NCBI RefSeq assembly: GCF_006345805.1
Contig: NC_042998.1
Span: forward strand, 201,128,001 to 201,192,000
Source: Octopus sinensis
Lineage: Eukaryota
DNA length: 64,000 nt
Direction: 5' to 3'
Both the position numbers and the translations under genes were made by a program. The notes under the pieces are model-generated. The model was given only the letters and a program-made list of their open reading frames with translations, made no database searches and had not been told where the DNA came from. Positions 26,028 to 39,638 of the stretch are shown here, piece after piece; within the stretch, counting starts at the first letter, position 1; each line of letters begins with the position of its first letter.

Positions 26028-27729
26028 TTCTCTTTATGCAGAGGAAAACAACCTATGCATAATGGAGAGATTCATTAAAATACCTATTTGAAGGCAATTA
26101 AATTTGCTTTCGCTTCTAGATAAATATAAAGAATATGTCAATTTTGTCCATACTTTTACCTACGACACCTCGTGATATATACATTCATTCATCAGCATAC
26201 AGAAAAGTGTTCCACTCCTACTTATAATAACTCCAGTAACTTACTTTCGTTTCTAAGAAACAGCCAAATTGATGGCTTTTTTTTGTTTTGTTTTTGAGAT
26301 TTTTGTTGCCGCAGTTTCTCTTTATGGCGATATTGCTGCTTTTGGTATTGATCAAGTCGTTTTCGTATTTTACTAAACTGACCTAAAGTTCATTTCAAAC
26401 TATGCAATCAATGAAATTTTGTTATAATGCAATTGAAAAAAATACCTGCAGCGTCATTGCAAAATATGAATATATTTAAAAATATAGTTACCTACACAAC
26501 ACATTCAATTGGATGCTACACACGCCTAGGAATGTGCTGACATTTTCATACTGTGTAGCAAGTCGTAGGACAATATCATAGCGACAGTTACTTTGCTCGT
26601 GCTTGCTCCTACGGTTAAGAAACCCAAGAACGTCGGGAACCAGAGGCAAACGCTTGGAATATGATAGAGAGTTTGATACCTTCTGGCCCAAACACCAACC
26701 GTAAATCGTTAAACTACATTAGTAGTGAAATTGAAATTATGCATAACATGGGGTACATACATGAAGCAAAGCATCAAGATTTATCGTGAAAATAGATACA
26801 ATAAATATTAATAAGCCGAAAAGAGTTTGAACATAAGAAAACATACTAGGTGTCATAACCTTACCCACAGTTCAATTCACTATATCCTACGCGAAACATT
26901 TCAAGTGAAGAGAATAATGTGGAAAATATATTGATCTCCACAGCACACATGACAAAACCGTTATAAATTATCATCTAGTAAAGCAACACATATTCTATTA
27001 TCACTAACCAAAAATATAACTCATCCCACACAGCCAGCGTATCGACTCAATCAACACCCAATAAAATAATACGTTCTGGCATAATTGTCACGTGCTATCA
27101 CATCAACGATGCAAGTAATTCATATTCTACAAATTTGCCTTGCAACACATCACAACGAAAACATTAACACAGCACATGTTACATCCGAAGATAACCATCG
27201 AGAACTATAAATACTGAACACATATAACACCCTATCACACCTTAGCCAAAAACAAGTAATGTAAATCACATAAGGCATCTACTAAACAACGGGAAATACC
27301 ACGAAGTCAAATAAGGCTGCGAGGAACAAAACAAGAGAAGGAAACAAAGATGCATTACACGTTATATTGGCAAATATATGTGAAGCAGAAGTTAAAAATT
27401 GATCTGGTGGAGATTACACGACAATATCAATATTCACAAATAATGAGGTATACACCTTGTTATATACACCTGAGTCTCAGATGTAAATAGACACATTTAT
27501 TTTTTTTTTATATAAATATTTCTAGGAACAAAAATAACCTGATTTGAATAACTTAAAGACTGTATCTAGAATTTATTAGACATACCTTGTACGATTTCTA
27601 ATGGTTCAACATATTTGGACATCGTACTAACGAGTAGTATCTGCAGATATGTGTAACTATTTACTTTCCTGATGTCTATATTATATTTTCACGCACTTTC
27701 TCACCAAACATATTTCCTAACCTAATATA

Positions 27730-28285
27730 CAGGGTGAACTAAAATGATATGACACATTTGGAGGCTTAATAAAAGCACAAAATGCGAAATAATGAAAAGA
27801 AAAATTTTATTTTCTGAATGTACGTATAATGCCATTTTCTTTCATTAAGTTTTAAAAATTAAATCGGCTAAATGCTTCCCATCCTTGTCAACACACTGTT
27901 GGAGACGTTTATGAAAGTTATCGATAAATCTATGGATCATTTCTTCTGGAATGGTGAAATGTGATTTCTTCTTGTGCGGATATTTAAAATCAAAAGTACT
28001 AAGTCATCGCCCTCGATCTATTGATGAATTAAAACGTGAAATTTGTGTAGAAATAGCAACCATTCCAGAAGAAATGATCCATAGAGTTAACGATAACTTT
28101 CATGAACGTCTCCAAGAGTGTGTTGACAATGATAGGAAGCATTTAGCTGATTTAAATTTTAAAACCTAATGAAATAAAATTACATTATATGTACATTCAG
28201 AAAATAAAAAATTTTCTTTTCATTCTTTCTTCTTTTGTGCTTTTATTAAGCCTCCAAATATGTCGGATGATTTTGGTTCACCCTG
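27730..28285. mobile_element. Palindromic long-TIR Tc1/mariner-superfamily derivative (rosa/DD41D-like C-terminus)
   Basis: Arms are 27730-27955 and 28059-28285 (about 226 bp), with ends CAGGGTG...CACCCTG, TA on the left and TG on the right. The spacer plus right arm encodes CDFFLCGYLKSKV..PRSIDELK..IATIPEEMIHRV..NFHERL..C..HL.DLNFKT*. Confidence 0.85.
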
Positions 28286-28960
28286 TGCATTTAGAAAAAT
28301 ATATTTTATGGTATATGATCCAGAACGTTGCACTCTGTGTTCGAATGCAGACACGATCGACTGGATCGTTTGTCCATATTCATAAATAAAGATAATTGCT
28401 GGAATGTTTACTGGAAGGAACGCAATGCCTTGCTATATATGCTCCGGCTGTTTGCGTTCTTAGAAGAAAACTCGTGCGTCGTACGTAATCTGCAATCGGT
28501 GAAAGGACGTAACCTGGCCCTAAATAACTTTTGGAGGAACCATCTCTACTATAATCGCCAAGATAGATCACAGAATTAAGGGCACATTTGTCTCCATGTC
28601 ATTAGTTTCCATGCCTCTGATCCTGAACTCAGCACTTCCCTCCTAAATAAGAAACAAATAAAACTAACATATACGTATAATCTTTTGTAAACCCTAATTT
28701 GTAATCTCTAATTTCTAGACTTTGATGATCTCGTGAATTATATAACGATATATGTTTGAATGTTAACATTGGAATTATATATTTCATATATATAAATTAC
28801 ATATGAAATTTAACATACGAATAATATAAAATTTGACGCAGCGTGCAGTAATTATCTCCGCCAGCGTGTATAATTAAGAAGTAAGGTAGACTTAGGAATG
28901 TATTAATCTTTGCGATGCAAAAAATATTCGCTATATAAGGGGCTTCTTGATTATCATAAT

Positions 28961-29344
28961 ACTAGCAGTATCGCTCGGCGTTGCTCAGGTTTGTAAGGGA
29001 AATAACTGTAAAGCATTTTTAGAGAGTTATAGCCAAAAAATAGCAAAAAAATGGGAAAAAAATGATGGTAAATTTTTTTGAGAGTTAAAAAGGTGGAGTT
29101 GCGTCCCCTAGACGGTCTGTGGTTTGGGTTTCTGATTCTCGACCCCATGTCGAATTTATCGATTTTTTTCAGAACTGGAGGAACTTTTCAAAATTTTCGC
29201 TGCGTTAGTTTTGAACTATGACATTGGGCTATGTGTGTGTCAAGTTTCATCAGAATCGGTTGAAAGCCGTGGTCAGAGTGGGGGTACGAGAAAACAGACA
29301 CACAGAAAACGCACAGACAAACTGCCGTTTATATAGAGAGAGAT
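28961..29344 (+). mobile_element. Non-autonomous Helentron/DINE-1-like element
   Basis: It starts ACTAGcagtatcgctcggcgttgctcagg. The 3' part has tcaagtttcatcagaatcgg, (CAGA/CACA) microsatellite-like repeats and a ...ttatatag..agat end, an architecture typical of DINE-1/HINE elements. Confidence 0.6.
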
Positions 29345-29353
29345 ATATTAAGT

Positions 29354-29495
29354 GAGGCGGCAAACTGGCAAAATCGTTTGCACACGGAACAAAATCCGTT
29401 TTAATGATCTGGGTTCAAATTCTGCCGAAGTCTACTTTGTTTTCCATCTCTTCAGATTCGACAAGATAACTACAAGTTGAACTCTAGGGTCGACA
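29354..29495 (+). mobile_element. Decayed SINE (gcctttcatcc core family)
   Basis: Head aggcggcaaactggcaaaatcg..gggttcaaattctgccgaagtctactttg. Confidence 0.7.
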
Positions 29496-30490
29496 TAAAC
29501 ACATAGCCGCTGTCACTAAGCATTTCATTCCTGGAGATAATATGAAAAAAAATTATTAAGTATCTCGGTAATTTACATTACTTTGGGCAGCGGTTGTTGA
29601 TGTAAAAAAACGATCTGCTACCACAATCCTAACTGCCGGAAGAAAATATGATGGACGTGATAAAATATTGTACATACTACAGGAAAATAGAAACAAAAAA
29701 AAAATTTCAAAATCATATAAAACAGTAAAATTCGCATGTAAGAAATGTTTTGGTGTACTGAATTGTAATCCAAGAAAAATTAAGTCGAATAGTTTTTGTA
29801 TGGAAGCAATTCATACCATTTGTATTCTATACCTCAGATTCAAGAAGAAACCTCACATATACAAATGTTGATACATGAACAAAAGAGAAATTATAAATGT
29901 GTGTGTGTGTTTGTAAATATATATGTATATATACATATATGTAGTTGACCAGCAGAAACTATTTAATCACTATTCAATAAAATCCACACTGAAAAATAAA
30001 TAACTAAGAACAGACATTCTATATTTAATTTTCTGTGTTTAACTATTTGCGACAGTTCTTCATACATTGATGTATATAGTGCTTTCACTGTTGAAGTAAT
30101 TGCATTGTAATATCTGCCATCTTGCAATCAGGTTTGCACTTAACAAAAAACGAGATTTGCAAAAATTGCAGATAAATAAATTAAATTTCCATTATTAGAT
30201 GCAATTAAAGAAAACACTTGTAGTAAAATGCTACAGATTTTAGTGTAACTTTTCCGATACAATCACTTAATGGATTATGGAGAATTAAAGTTTACCAAAC
30301 TATTGAACAATATGAGAGAATCATATAGAAATACTTTTGATATTGTCTATCCTATTAATTTTCAAATGGAAAAAACATTAATTTTATTTCCATATATATG
30401 TGTGCGCCTGTGTGTGTATGCATGTGTGTGCGTGTGTGTATGCATGTGTGCATGTATACATACATATATTCCATGTATGTATGTCTATTA

Positions 30491-30553
<63 letters not shown>

Positions 30554-30671
30554 TTACATATATATACTTATATATACATATGTATGTATATATATAAGCA
30601 TATATATATATATATATTTACATAAATATATGCTTATATATACATATATATACATATGTATGTATATATAT

Positions 30672-30753
<82 letters not shown>

Positions 30754-30761
30754 TATATATA

Positions 30762-30880
30762 AGGCTGTCCGTGTGATAAGGGGATTGCTTCCCAGAAACA
30801 TGTTCCCGGGATCAGTCCCACTGCGTGGCACCTAGGCTAGTTGTCTTCTATATCCTCAGGCCGGACAAGGCTATGTGATT
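30762..30880 (+). mobile_element. 5' fragment of the tRNA-derived SINE family seen at 37319
   Basis: atcagtcccactgcgtggcacctaggc..tgtcttcta. Confidence 0.65.
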
Positions 30881-32193
30881 GAATTGTTCTTTGCTCCGAA
30901 ATTCATCAGCAAGAAGTGTTGTATATTGATGTGAATTTGAAGATGTATGCAAATAATATTTCGTTTGCGAGCTTCAGAATCACGTGTAATATTTCAGTAA
31001 GCAGTGTATGTAAAACAAATATCTTGTGTTAATATTTGTGCGTACTGTTACATCTTTGATTTACAAAGGTGATTGGTATATCATCGCTTTATTTATTATT
31101 TTTATTCTAGATTCTAATGACAATGATTTTTTTTTTTTTTTTGAAGAAGGCATTAAATCCCTTTTCATTAGCCCGTGCTTATACGCTGAAGCTTTGCCAA
31201 ACTACACGTCGCCACGGAACGTTATATCTCATACGAATAATTTTACTATTATCGTGAAGGCCTATATTCTGCTGTGTTTCCATGTCTCCTCTTGATGTTG
31301 ATCTTGCTGTAGAATACTTGTATTGCGATTATCTATGGTCCTGGATATCTCTTACAGTTTCAGCTATTCTATTTTGGTTTTCAAATGAAAGTCTGAATGT
31401 ATGTGAGGTTTCTTCAAAATCCTTTACGACAGTGATTCAGAAACAGTGTTTTCTCTAGTGAATATGTCATTTACTTTAAAAGATAACTGTCTTACAGCTC
31501 CTCGTTTTAGTACTTAGAAGACACGTTGAAAGCCGTTTTGTATGTAGACAAAGGCGTTGTTCTCTTGCTGAAGATGGTGTGTATGGAGATTAGGATAGTC
31601 CCACAATCGTATGATCCTACCCGGTATCCATAGTTTAAATATATAACGCCTTATATGAAACGTTTTCTTCTTTTAATTTCTATTTTTATTCAGCCTCATC
31701 CAACGTATCTGTCATCTCCAAATATATCCCCCTCTCAGTTTGACAACGTAATAGAAACAGCGCAATGATTGTAAGAAGAAAAGAAAACGTGAGAATATAA
31801 ATTCGAAGAAATACACATCAATAAATAAAAAATCTATTGATATGCATTATGAACACAAGCAACAAAGATTAGAAGTGCATGAAAGGATTCAAATTCTTGG
31901 TAACAAAACGGGAGCTTTTAGTTGCTCCTTGGTCTGGCAGAAAGCATGCAGTTAAATTTGAAGCAAATTAAACCTTATAGACAGATTGTTTTGTGAAATC
32001 TTAAAAACCCCATATACGCCATGTCTCATGTGATAAAATCTACACACCAGCTGACTGACAACCAAATTAACTGATAAAAGAATTAAGCGTCCTAGGAATT
32101 TAAATAAATATTTACCACATACACACACACATGCACACGCACTCACACATATATACACATATGTATATAGATATATATATATACATATATATG

Positions 32194-32237
<44 letters not shown>

Positions 32238-32240
<3 letters not shown>

Positions 32241-32438
32241 GTGACCTCGTGAGCACCGCCATCAATTTTTTTCCTCTGTCTTCCCTTCTCGGGATCTTTC
32301 CTTCTCCTTTGTTTCCGACGAAGAGCTCCGCTCGAAACGTTAATCCCTTCTTCTTCCCTTCTTTCCTGAGCGTCCAATAATACTTTATTTGTTCCACGTC
32401 CTCGCGTTGCTGTGTTTTTTGTGTTTTCTTGTTTGGAT

Positions 32439-32445
<7 letters not shown>
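32238..32445 (+). mobile_element. Penelope-type terminal fragment between (TA)n tracts with hammerhead-like motif (family C, core CCGACGA)
   Basis: gttt-CCGACGA-a-gagc(tcc)gctc-GAA-ACGT-T-aatc at 32311-32346. The 3' flank resembles family D (cctgagcg..aata..ttt.ttgt...cac-(TA)n). Confidence 0.75.
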
Positions 32446-32479
<34 letters not shown>

Positions 32480-32744
32480 GAAATATGTTCCGAACAGAAA
32501 ATATAAAATACCCCTGGAAATGTAAGGCTAAAATATGAAAAATCAACGAAAATGTATTTTTCAAATAGAAAAAGGTTATTTATGACAGGCAGTGACAAAT
32601 ATATACATATAGATTGACTGAGGTAGTAATACGAGTCATAAAGTTGATTATTATGAGATGATTATAAGATGATAATAAAGTAAGAGAACAAAACGAACCA
32701 ATGGTTTACGCGAAGGCTATTCATCGTTTGAACAACACCTGTTT

Positions 32745-32797
<53 letters not shown>

Positions 32798-32939
32798 TAG
32801 ATAGATAGATATATAGTTAGATAGATAGATAGATAGATAGATAGATACATACATACATACATACACACATACATATATATATATATATAAATACATATAT
32901 GTATATATATATATATATGTATATGTATAGATCGGTAGC

Positions 32940-33125
32940 CACTACACACATTTTTCTCTCCTTCTTTCTTTCCTTGATGTTTTCTGTGTCCGTTTCTGTA
33001 GAAGAGCGTAGGCTCGAAACGTAAAATACTATTTTGTATTCCTGAGCGTTATACTAATACATCTGTTTGCTTTCTACACAACCTATCTTCGTCTTTTGTA
33101 TTTTTGTTTTGTGAACTCTCTTATA
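32940..33125 (+). mobile_element. Penelope-type terminal fragment with hammerhead variant (family D, copy 1)
   Basis: gttt-CTGTAGA-a-gagc(gtag)gctc-GAA-ACGT-A-aaat at 32992-33027. Confidence 0.8.
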
Positions 33126-33776
33126 TATACCACTATGACAGTGCGTCTTCCCTGCATCATAGAGCAATATTCAAACCATCGTGTTTACAATAGGTAGCTG
33201 TTTATATTGGAAGCCCCCCCCCCCTCTCTCGTTATATTTAAAGGAGTGGATACGTTCTACATTTGATGCACCTTCAGTTTCTTCATCAAAATTGTCCTTC
33301 TCTTCATATGGTATTGCAGACCTTTTAAGCGATAATTCTATATCTCTTCCGAATGTAATATTCAACGGATATTCAGAACAGCTGGTGATGATACGACTGA
33401 TTTTCTCTATACTGTTTTCGCACCATCCACATTTTCTATTACAGATTGGAGATGTAGAAGTATGCATATTTCTTGCAAGGATGAGGTATTTAGCAGGTAT
33501 ATCCTATTCTCATATATAAAAGACAGCACCCTAAATAAAATGTTCTGTACCTATAGTAAGCGCAGGAGAAGTTACCGTTCCGTAGCCAGAATATATTCCC
33601 CTGCATATTTTTCTGCTGGTGTGAAGGGTATTTTTACTCTTTGCTTCTGTATTAGTGGGAGATTCCATCCACACATGACCAATATGAAACAACAGTACAC
33701 TCAGAGTACCTTCAGGAGCACTTCATTTAATCTTATTTCCCTTTCACTGTTGAGTATACAAGTGATGCATTGAGTT

Positions 33777-34160
33777 GTGGAGGCGCAATGGCCCAGTGGT
33801 TAGGGCAGCGGACTCGCGGTCGTAGGATCGCGGTTTCGATTCCCAGACCGGGTGTTGTGAGTGTTTATTGAGCGAAAACACCTAAAACCTCCACGACACT
33901 CCGGCAGGGATGGTGGTGATCCCTGCTGTACTCTTTCACCACAACTTTCTCTCACCCTTACTTCCTGTTTCTGTAGTACCTGTATTTCAAAGGGCCGGCC
34001 GTGTCACTCTCTGTGTCACGCTGAATATCCCCGAGAACTACGTTAAGGGTGCACGTGTCTGTGGAGTGCTCAGCCACTTACACGTTAATTTCACGAGCAG
34101 GCTGTTCCATTGATCGGATCAAGCGGAACTCTATTCGTCGTAACCGACGGAGTGCTTCCA
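33777..34160 (+). mobile_element. tRNA-Arg-like SINE, tail type 1
   Basis: Head gtggaggcgcaatggcccagtggttagggcagcggactcgcggtcgtaggatcgcggtttcgattccc. The tail is shared with the 49083 copy. TSD atgcattga on both sides. Confidence 0.92.
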
Positions 34161-34871
34161 TATGCATTGATTCCTCTCTTTTCTTTTCAATATGTGATTT
34201 CTAATGGCCCGATACAACACTGATTCACCGTCGGAACTTTTCTTATGATTCTAACCTTATTCCTCGGTTTAATATATATCCTCGATGTGTCACTACTGAC
34301 ATGAAAGTTACCAGATTTTGTCAACATTTTCGAGTCCCGATGTTCACGTTGTACTTGAAATACTGGTCGTTGGCTCTGTAGTGGAAAAGCATTGTGGAAT
34401 ATGATTATATTCAATGTATACGGCTCTTGAACACAAATGTTGAGAGCAACTATTGAAGTATACTTTTGTTAGTTATGAGATCGTCTCGTCAAGTCTGAAT
34501 ATTTATAACTTTCCTTATTTGCGACAGGGGAGAAACGTAGATGATTGGCATCCATATAACTTGCTTTATCAACCATCTTTCTTCGTTTGGCCACCTAACA
34601 TAAATACTTTTCCAAACCAAATTACATCTCTACATTGCAGAGGAACATTTTGTCTCCTTCTAACAGTTTCTTGCTGTTGTTGCTCCTACACGAGATGTGG
34701 ATGACATTAATCTTCATTTCGGATACTACGATGTAACCTCCTTTGTATTTCCTTAAAGAACTGGCAAAGAAGCCAATTCCTGAGATGTACAACAGTACAG
34801 ATAAACTATCATTCTGAATTATGTCTACTAATGACTTGATTGTGTTAGTGACTACAGTACAAGTTTTGTTT

Positions 34872-35168
34872 CTCTTCTCGAGCCACGCCTGGTTCATAAG
34901 GGCCGGTTTTCCCGGTTTCCTTGGCATATAGAGACCCCACCTGGACGGGACGCCGGTCCGACGTAGGTGAGCTGCAAAATGCAGGAGTAAAGAGTGAGAG
35001 AAAGTTGTGGCGAAAGAGTCAGCAGAGGTTTGCCATTACCTTCTGCCGGAGCCGTGTGGAGCTTAGGTGTTTCGCTTATAAACACACACATTGCCCGGTC
35101 TGAGATTCGAACCCACGACCCCTCGACAGCGAGTGCACTACTGTAACCACTAGGCCATGTGCCTTCAC
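34872..35168 (-). mobile_element. tRNA-Arg-like SINE, tail type 3
   Basis: Tail shared with the 41210 copy. The 15-bp TSD acagtac(a/t)agttttg lies at 34854-34868 and 35169-35183. Confidence 0.9.
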
Positions 35169-35533
35169 ACAGTACTAGTTTTGGTACTTATAGATAGCTA
35201 TGTGGGTCATTTTGTTTACATTTTCTTAATGGCACTGACTATAGTAATTGGTGGTATAGTGACCCCAATTATCCAGCGCAGGAAAAGATCAAACGTAGGA
35301 AAATAAGGAATTCAGATGCACCTTTCCATGGAGGGAAAAAATGGTCATATGAAGGAAAGTATCCTTCTCCTTTTTACGTCACCACATATTTTTTTCTTTT
35401 ATGAAGCCTTTCTTCCTTGCCAACCCCATCTCCACTACAAGTGTACATATTTCCCCCACATATACATGTTTGTACACGTGTAATAATACGAATACGTTTT
35501 ATGCATATAATTGTGAGCGTTTGAATGGATATA

Positions 35534-36751
35534 TGAGGCTGAGTAAAAAGTAAGCAACGTTTTGAAACATGGAATTCCTCACAATATATTTCAATAATGC
35601 GGAAATTTTATTCATCAAAGTAAGTACCATTACTATCAACGCATTGTTGCCAACGTGTCACATGTTTGTTTATTCCGGTAACATAAAAATCGGAAGTTCT
35701 GGAGCTGATGAACTCTTTGAATGAACTTTCAGCATCGGTTTGATTTATTTCTATCACAGGGAACCATCAAGGTGCTTGAAAAAGTGATAGTCGGCAGGGA
35801 ATAAGCTGGGTGGGGATGAAATTCGTAGCAAAGGTTCCACAAGTTCTGAAGCGTTATTAGGGAAACGTGTGGTCCGAGCTTTGTCATGAAGAATGATTGC
35901 CCTCTTGTGTTGACCAATCTGGGGCGGTAACAGTTTTTCCGTTCTTTTTTGCAATTTCATGGCAATATGTGTTTGCAGTAATGTTTTTTTCCACCCGGCT
36001 TCTAAGACGTTATCATGGACGAGTGCAGCGGCACACTACCAAACAGTCACCATAACATTCTTCTGGAAGCGCTCGGGTTTAGGGGAGATTTTCGGTGCTT
36101 CATATTGGTCCAACCAATGGAAAAATCGTTTTTTTCTTATTGCACACAATCCACTTTTCATCGCAAGTTGGAGAACGTTCACAAAATGGATCTGTTTGGA
36201 TACGGAGAAGAAGCGATAAGCAAATTTCATATCTGCGCCTTTTCTGATTTTCATTCAAATCGTGTGGTACCAATTTGACGAGCATTTTTGATTTTCCTAT
36301 CGCATGCAAATTGTTGCAGGCAGTTCTCTAACTTGAAGTTCTTTTACCAGTTCTCGAGTGGTTTTACGTGAGTCTTTCTCAATGATGAACTGTAATTGAC
36401 CGTCATCGATGACAGATGGGCATCCACTACGCCTACGATCATCAAGGCTCAAGTCTCCACTGCGAAATCGTTTAAACCAATTTCGGGCTCATTACTCACT
36501 TGTCACTTCCTCACCAAACGTTTCGTTGATATTGCAAGCGATTTCAGCCGCTTTACGTCCTTTTTTTAATTCAGATGATTATAACAACTTCGAAAAAAAA
36601 TCAATGTATTTATTGATGTCTTTGGGCAAGTCTACGTCTGTACTATCAGGCAATTGCAAAAAATGTGTTTAAAAAAAAAAATCAAAACTCTGCAAAACCC
36701 GGTACAAATTTTTCATGGTTCAAAACGTTGCTTACATTTTACTCAACCTGA
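35534..36751 (-). mobile_element. Full-length decayed mariner (DD34D) element
   Basis: TIRs tgaggctgagtaaaaagtaagcaacgttttgaa and ttcaaaacgttgcttacattttactcaacctga, with TA flanks. Remnants include LVPHDLNENQKRRRYEIC, TCDEKWI, ILLHDKAR and HPAYS. Confidence 0.93.
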
Positions 36752-37318
36752 TAATAGTATGTGTGTGTTCTTACGCATTGAATTGTGTTTGCGTGTGTTT
36801 CAATGTGCCTAAATATCTGTTTCCATGACTACGATTCTGCTGGATATTTATATTTCTTCGTCTACAATCTCCCTCACCCCGTTTTTCGTGCCTACATGCG
36901 TCCTCAACCACCAATGACATCTGTCACTTGGTGCTCATCGCACAAACATCAGCAACACATCTATACACTATCGTAACCGTTCCACTAACTCCAACACACC
37001 CATTCCTACCCACATTGTCACTATGACCATTGAACTTACTAACACCTGACAACAAGAATTACTGTCCATTTATTCAATTATTCTCTGTCATCTAGTTACT
37101 AAAATTGCACTCTAGTATCCCTTACTATTATATTTAACATTCTATCTAATCCTATACGTAACTATCATAAGCACACTATCACCCTAAACAAAGCAAGAAT
37201 ATTTTCTCCCATTCACACTTGTTGATATATATATATACGTGTGACAGTCCGTGCATATGAGAAAGGATGTGTGTATAAATATGTGTGTAATACCTATATT
37301 AATATATAAATACACATA

Positions 37319-37757
37319 TAGGCGTAGGAGTTGCTTTGTAGTAAGTAGCTTGCTTACGAACCACATAGTTCCAGGTTCAGTCCCACTGCGTGGTACCTAG
37401 GGCAAGTGATTTATATTATAGTCTTGGGTCGACCAAAGACTTGTGAGTGGATTTGGTTGAGGGAAACTGAAAGAGGCCCGTCATATATATGTATATATAT
37501 ATTTATATATATGTGTGTGTGTGTGTGCATGTGTGTGTGTTTGTGTGTATATGTTTTTGTGTCCGTGTTTGTCCCCCCAACATCGCTTGACAACCGTTGC
37601 TGGTGTGTTCACGTCCACTTAACATAGCGGTTCGGCAAAAGAACCGATAGAATAAGTACTAGACTTACAAAGAATAAGTTCCGCGGTCGATTTTCTCGAT
37701 CGACTAAAGGCGGTGCTCCAGCATGGCCACAGTCAAATGACTAAAACAAGTAAAATT
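37319..37757 (+). mobile_element. tRNA-derived SINE with internal (TA/TG)n microsatellite
   Basis: Head ggcgtaggagt..gtaagtagcttgctt..ggttcagtcccactgcgtgg; tail ggcggtgctccagcatggcc.cagtcaaatgact.aaacaagtaaaa. Confidence 0.9.
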
Positions 37758-37789
37758 GTAAACTATATATATATATAGTCATATACTCT

Positions 37790-38160
37790 TTTACTCTTTT
37801 ACTCTTTTACTTGTTTCAGTCATTTGACTGCGGCCATGCTGGAGCACCACCTTTTAGTACTTATTCTATCGGTCTCTTTTTGCCGAACCGCTAAGTGACG
37901 GGGACCTAAATACACCAGCATCGGTTGTCAAGCAATGCTAGGGGGACAAACACAGACACACAAACACACGCATACGTATATATATACATATATACGACAG
38001 GCTTCTTTCAGTTTCCGTCTACCAAATCCACTCACAAGGCATTGGTCGGCCCGGGGCTATAGCAGAAGACACTTGCCCAAGATGCCACGCAGTGGGACTG
38101 AACCCGCAACCGTGTTGTTGGTTAGCAAGCTACTTACCACACAGCCACTCCTGCGCCTAT
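37790..38160 (-). mobile_element. Same SINE family, inverted copy with deletion of about 40 bp and (aaaagagt)n tail
   Basis: Reverse-complement homology to 37319-37757 throughout. Confidence 0.9.
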
Positions 38161-39382
38161 ATATATATGTATTATTTTGTTTCTCTCTCCATGTAGTATA
38201 GGTATCCAGAGCTATGTATAGTATGTATGTATGTATTTATACACACATATACATAGTTCTGTTTATATATTGATATATATATATATATATAGATTAATTT
38301 TATTCTTAGATCAAATAATTTTTTTTTAAAATAAAGAATTTCTGGAGTTCCTGTACCGTATTTATGAGATTTTTATCATTCAGATATGTCGTCTAACATT
38401 CGTGCAGTTTTAAGATAGGCTTCGATTGCGCCTATGATATTATTTTGTAACGGCTTTCCTTGTCCATATTGCACACCTTCTAGTTAGGTTACAGCAATGT
38501 CGTATTTGCTGTGTATACCATTTTTATTACTTTTGCCTTCTTTACGATGTCTTTGTTGTATTTCCTTCAACCGATCGCCAAATTAATTTCTTTTACTGAA
38601 ACACTTGATCGTAAGAATTTGAGCATGCAACTGTCACCCCTAACATACAACGGAATGCCAATATGTAAAAGGTCATCTAATGTCAAATACGACACCTGTA
38701 TAATACATAATAAGGAAAAATGATTAAGGATTAGTTACGTTATCGCAGTCCCGGGTTTCAGTTGTTTATGTATTTCACAATCCAATTTAATCACGGAGTG
38801 TTTCGTGTTTCTGATCAATACACACGGTATTTCATTCATTGCTTATGATTCCAGTATAGTATATTGCCAGAAGGCTTCTCATGACGTATTTACTCCAATA
38901 TCAGCGTATCGCTCCTGTTTCTACCATACTTATGTATAAATAACTAGTTTGTATATTTGTATACGCCTTTGAAACGTCCGTTTTATAATACTAAAAATAT
39001 GCTTTTTGTGCAGAAATATTTCCGATAATATCGCTTTTACGGTTTGGTATATGCCGGCATAACGGTTTATAGGTTGGTAAGTATTGAGATTTGATAGATA
39101 ATCTAAGATTAGATTTCCTTTGATCTTTTCTTGAGGTGATGTTTGTAGTTCTACCAATACATAGATCAATATATTTACACATAATTCTTCAAAATGCTTT
39201 TTGACAGTCACATCTAGGTGTTATCCAGCTTGTTGATAGATAGGCATGTATTTAACTTACACTTATTAGGCTGTTACTTCTAAGATTCATATACAAGGGT
39301 TCAAAGTGCTGTTGTTTAGAACTCTTGCCCGTTTATATGTGTGTATGTATGTATGTATGTATGTATGTATGTATTTATCTAC

Positions 39383-39432
<50 letters not shown>

Positions 39433-39476
39433 ATATATATGCACACATATACACACATATATATATGTATCTATAC

Positions 39477-39532
<56 letters not shown>

Positions 39533-39600
39533 ATTTATATATATATATATGTATCTATACATATACATATATATATATATATGTATATATATGTATCGTA

Positions 39601-39638
<38 letters not shown>

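Noticed and set aside
33777-33850. tRNA-Arg-like sequences (also 49083, 50745, 58814 and others) as real tRNA genes
   Set aside because: They lack a proper acceptor stem and continue into a shared core and tail with TSDs, so they are SINE heads.
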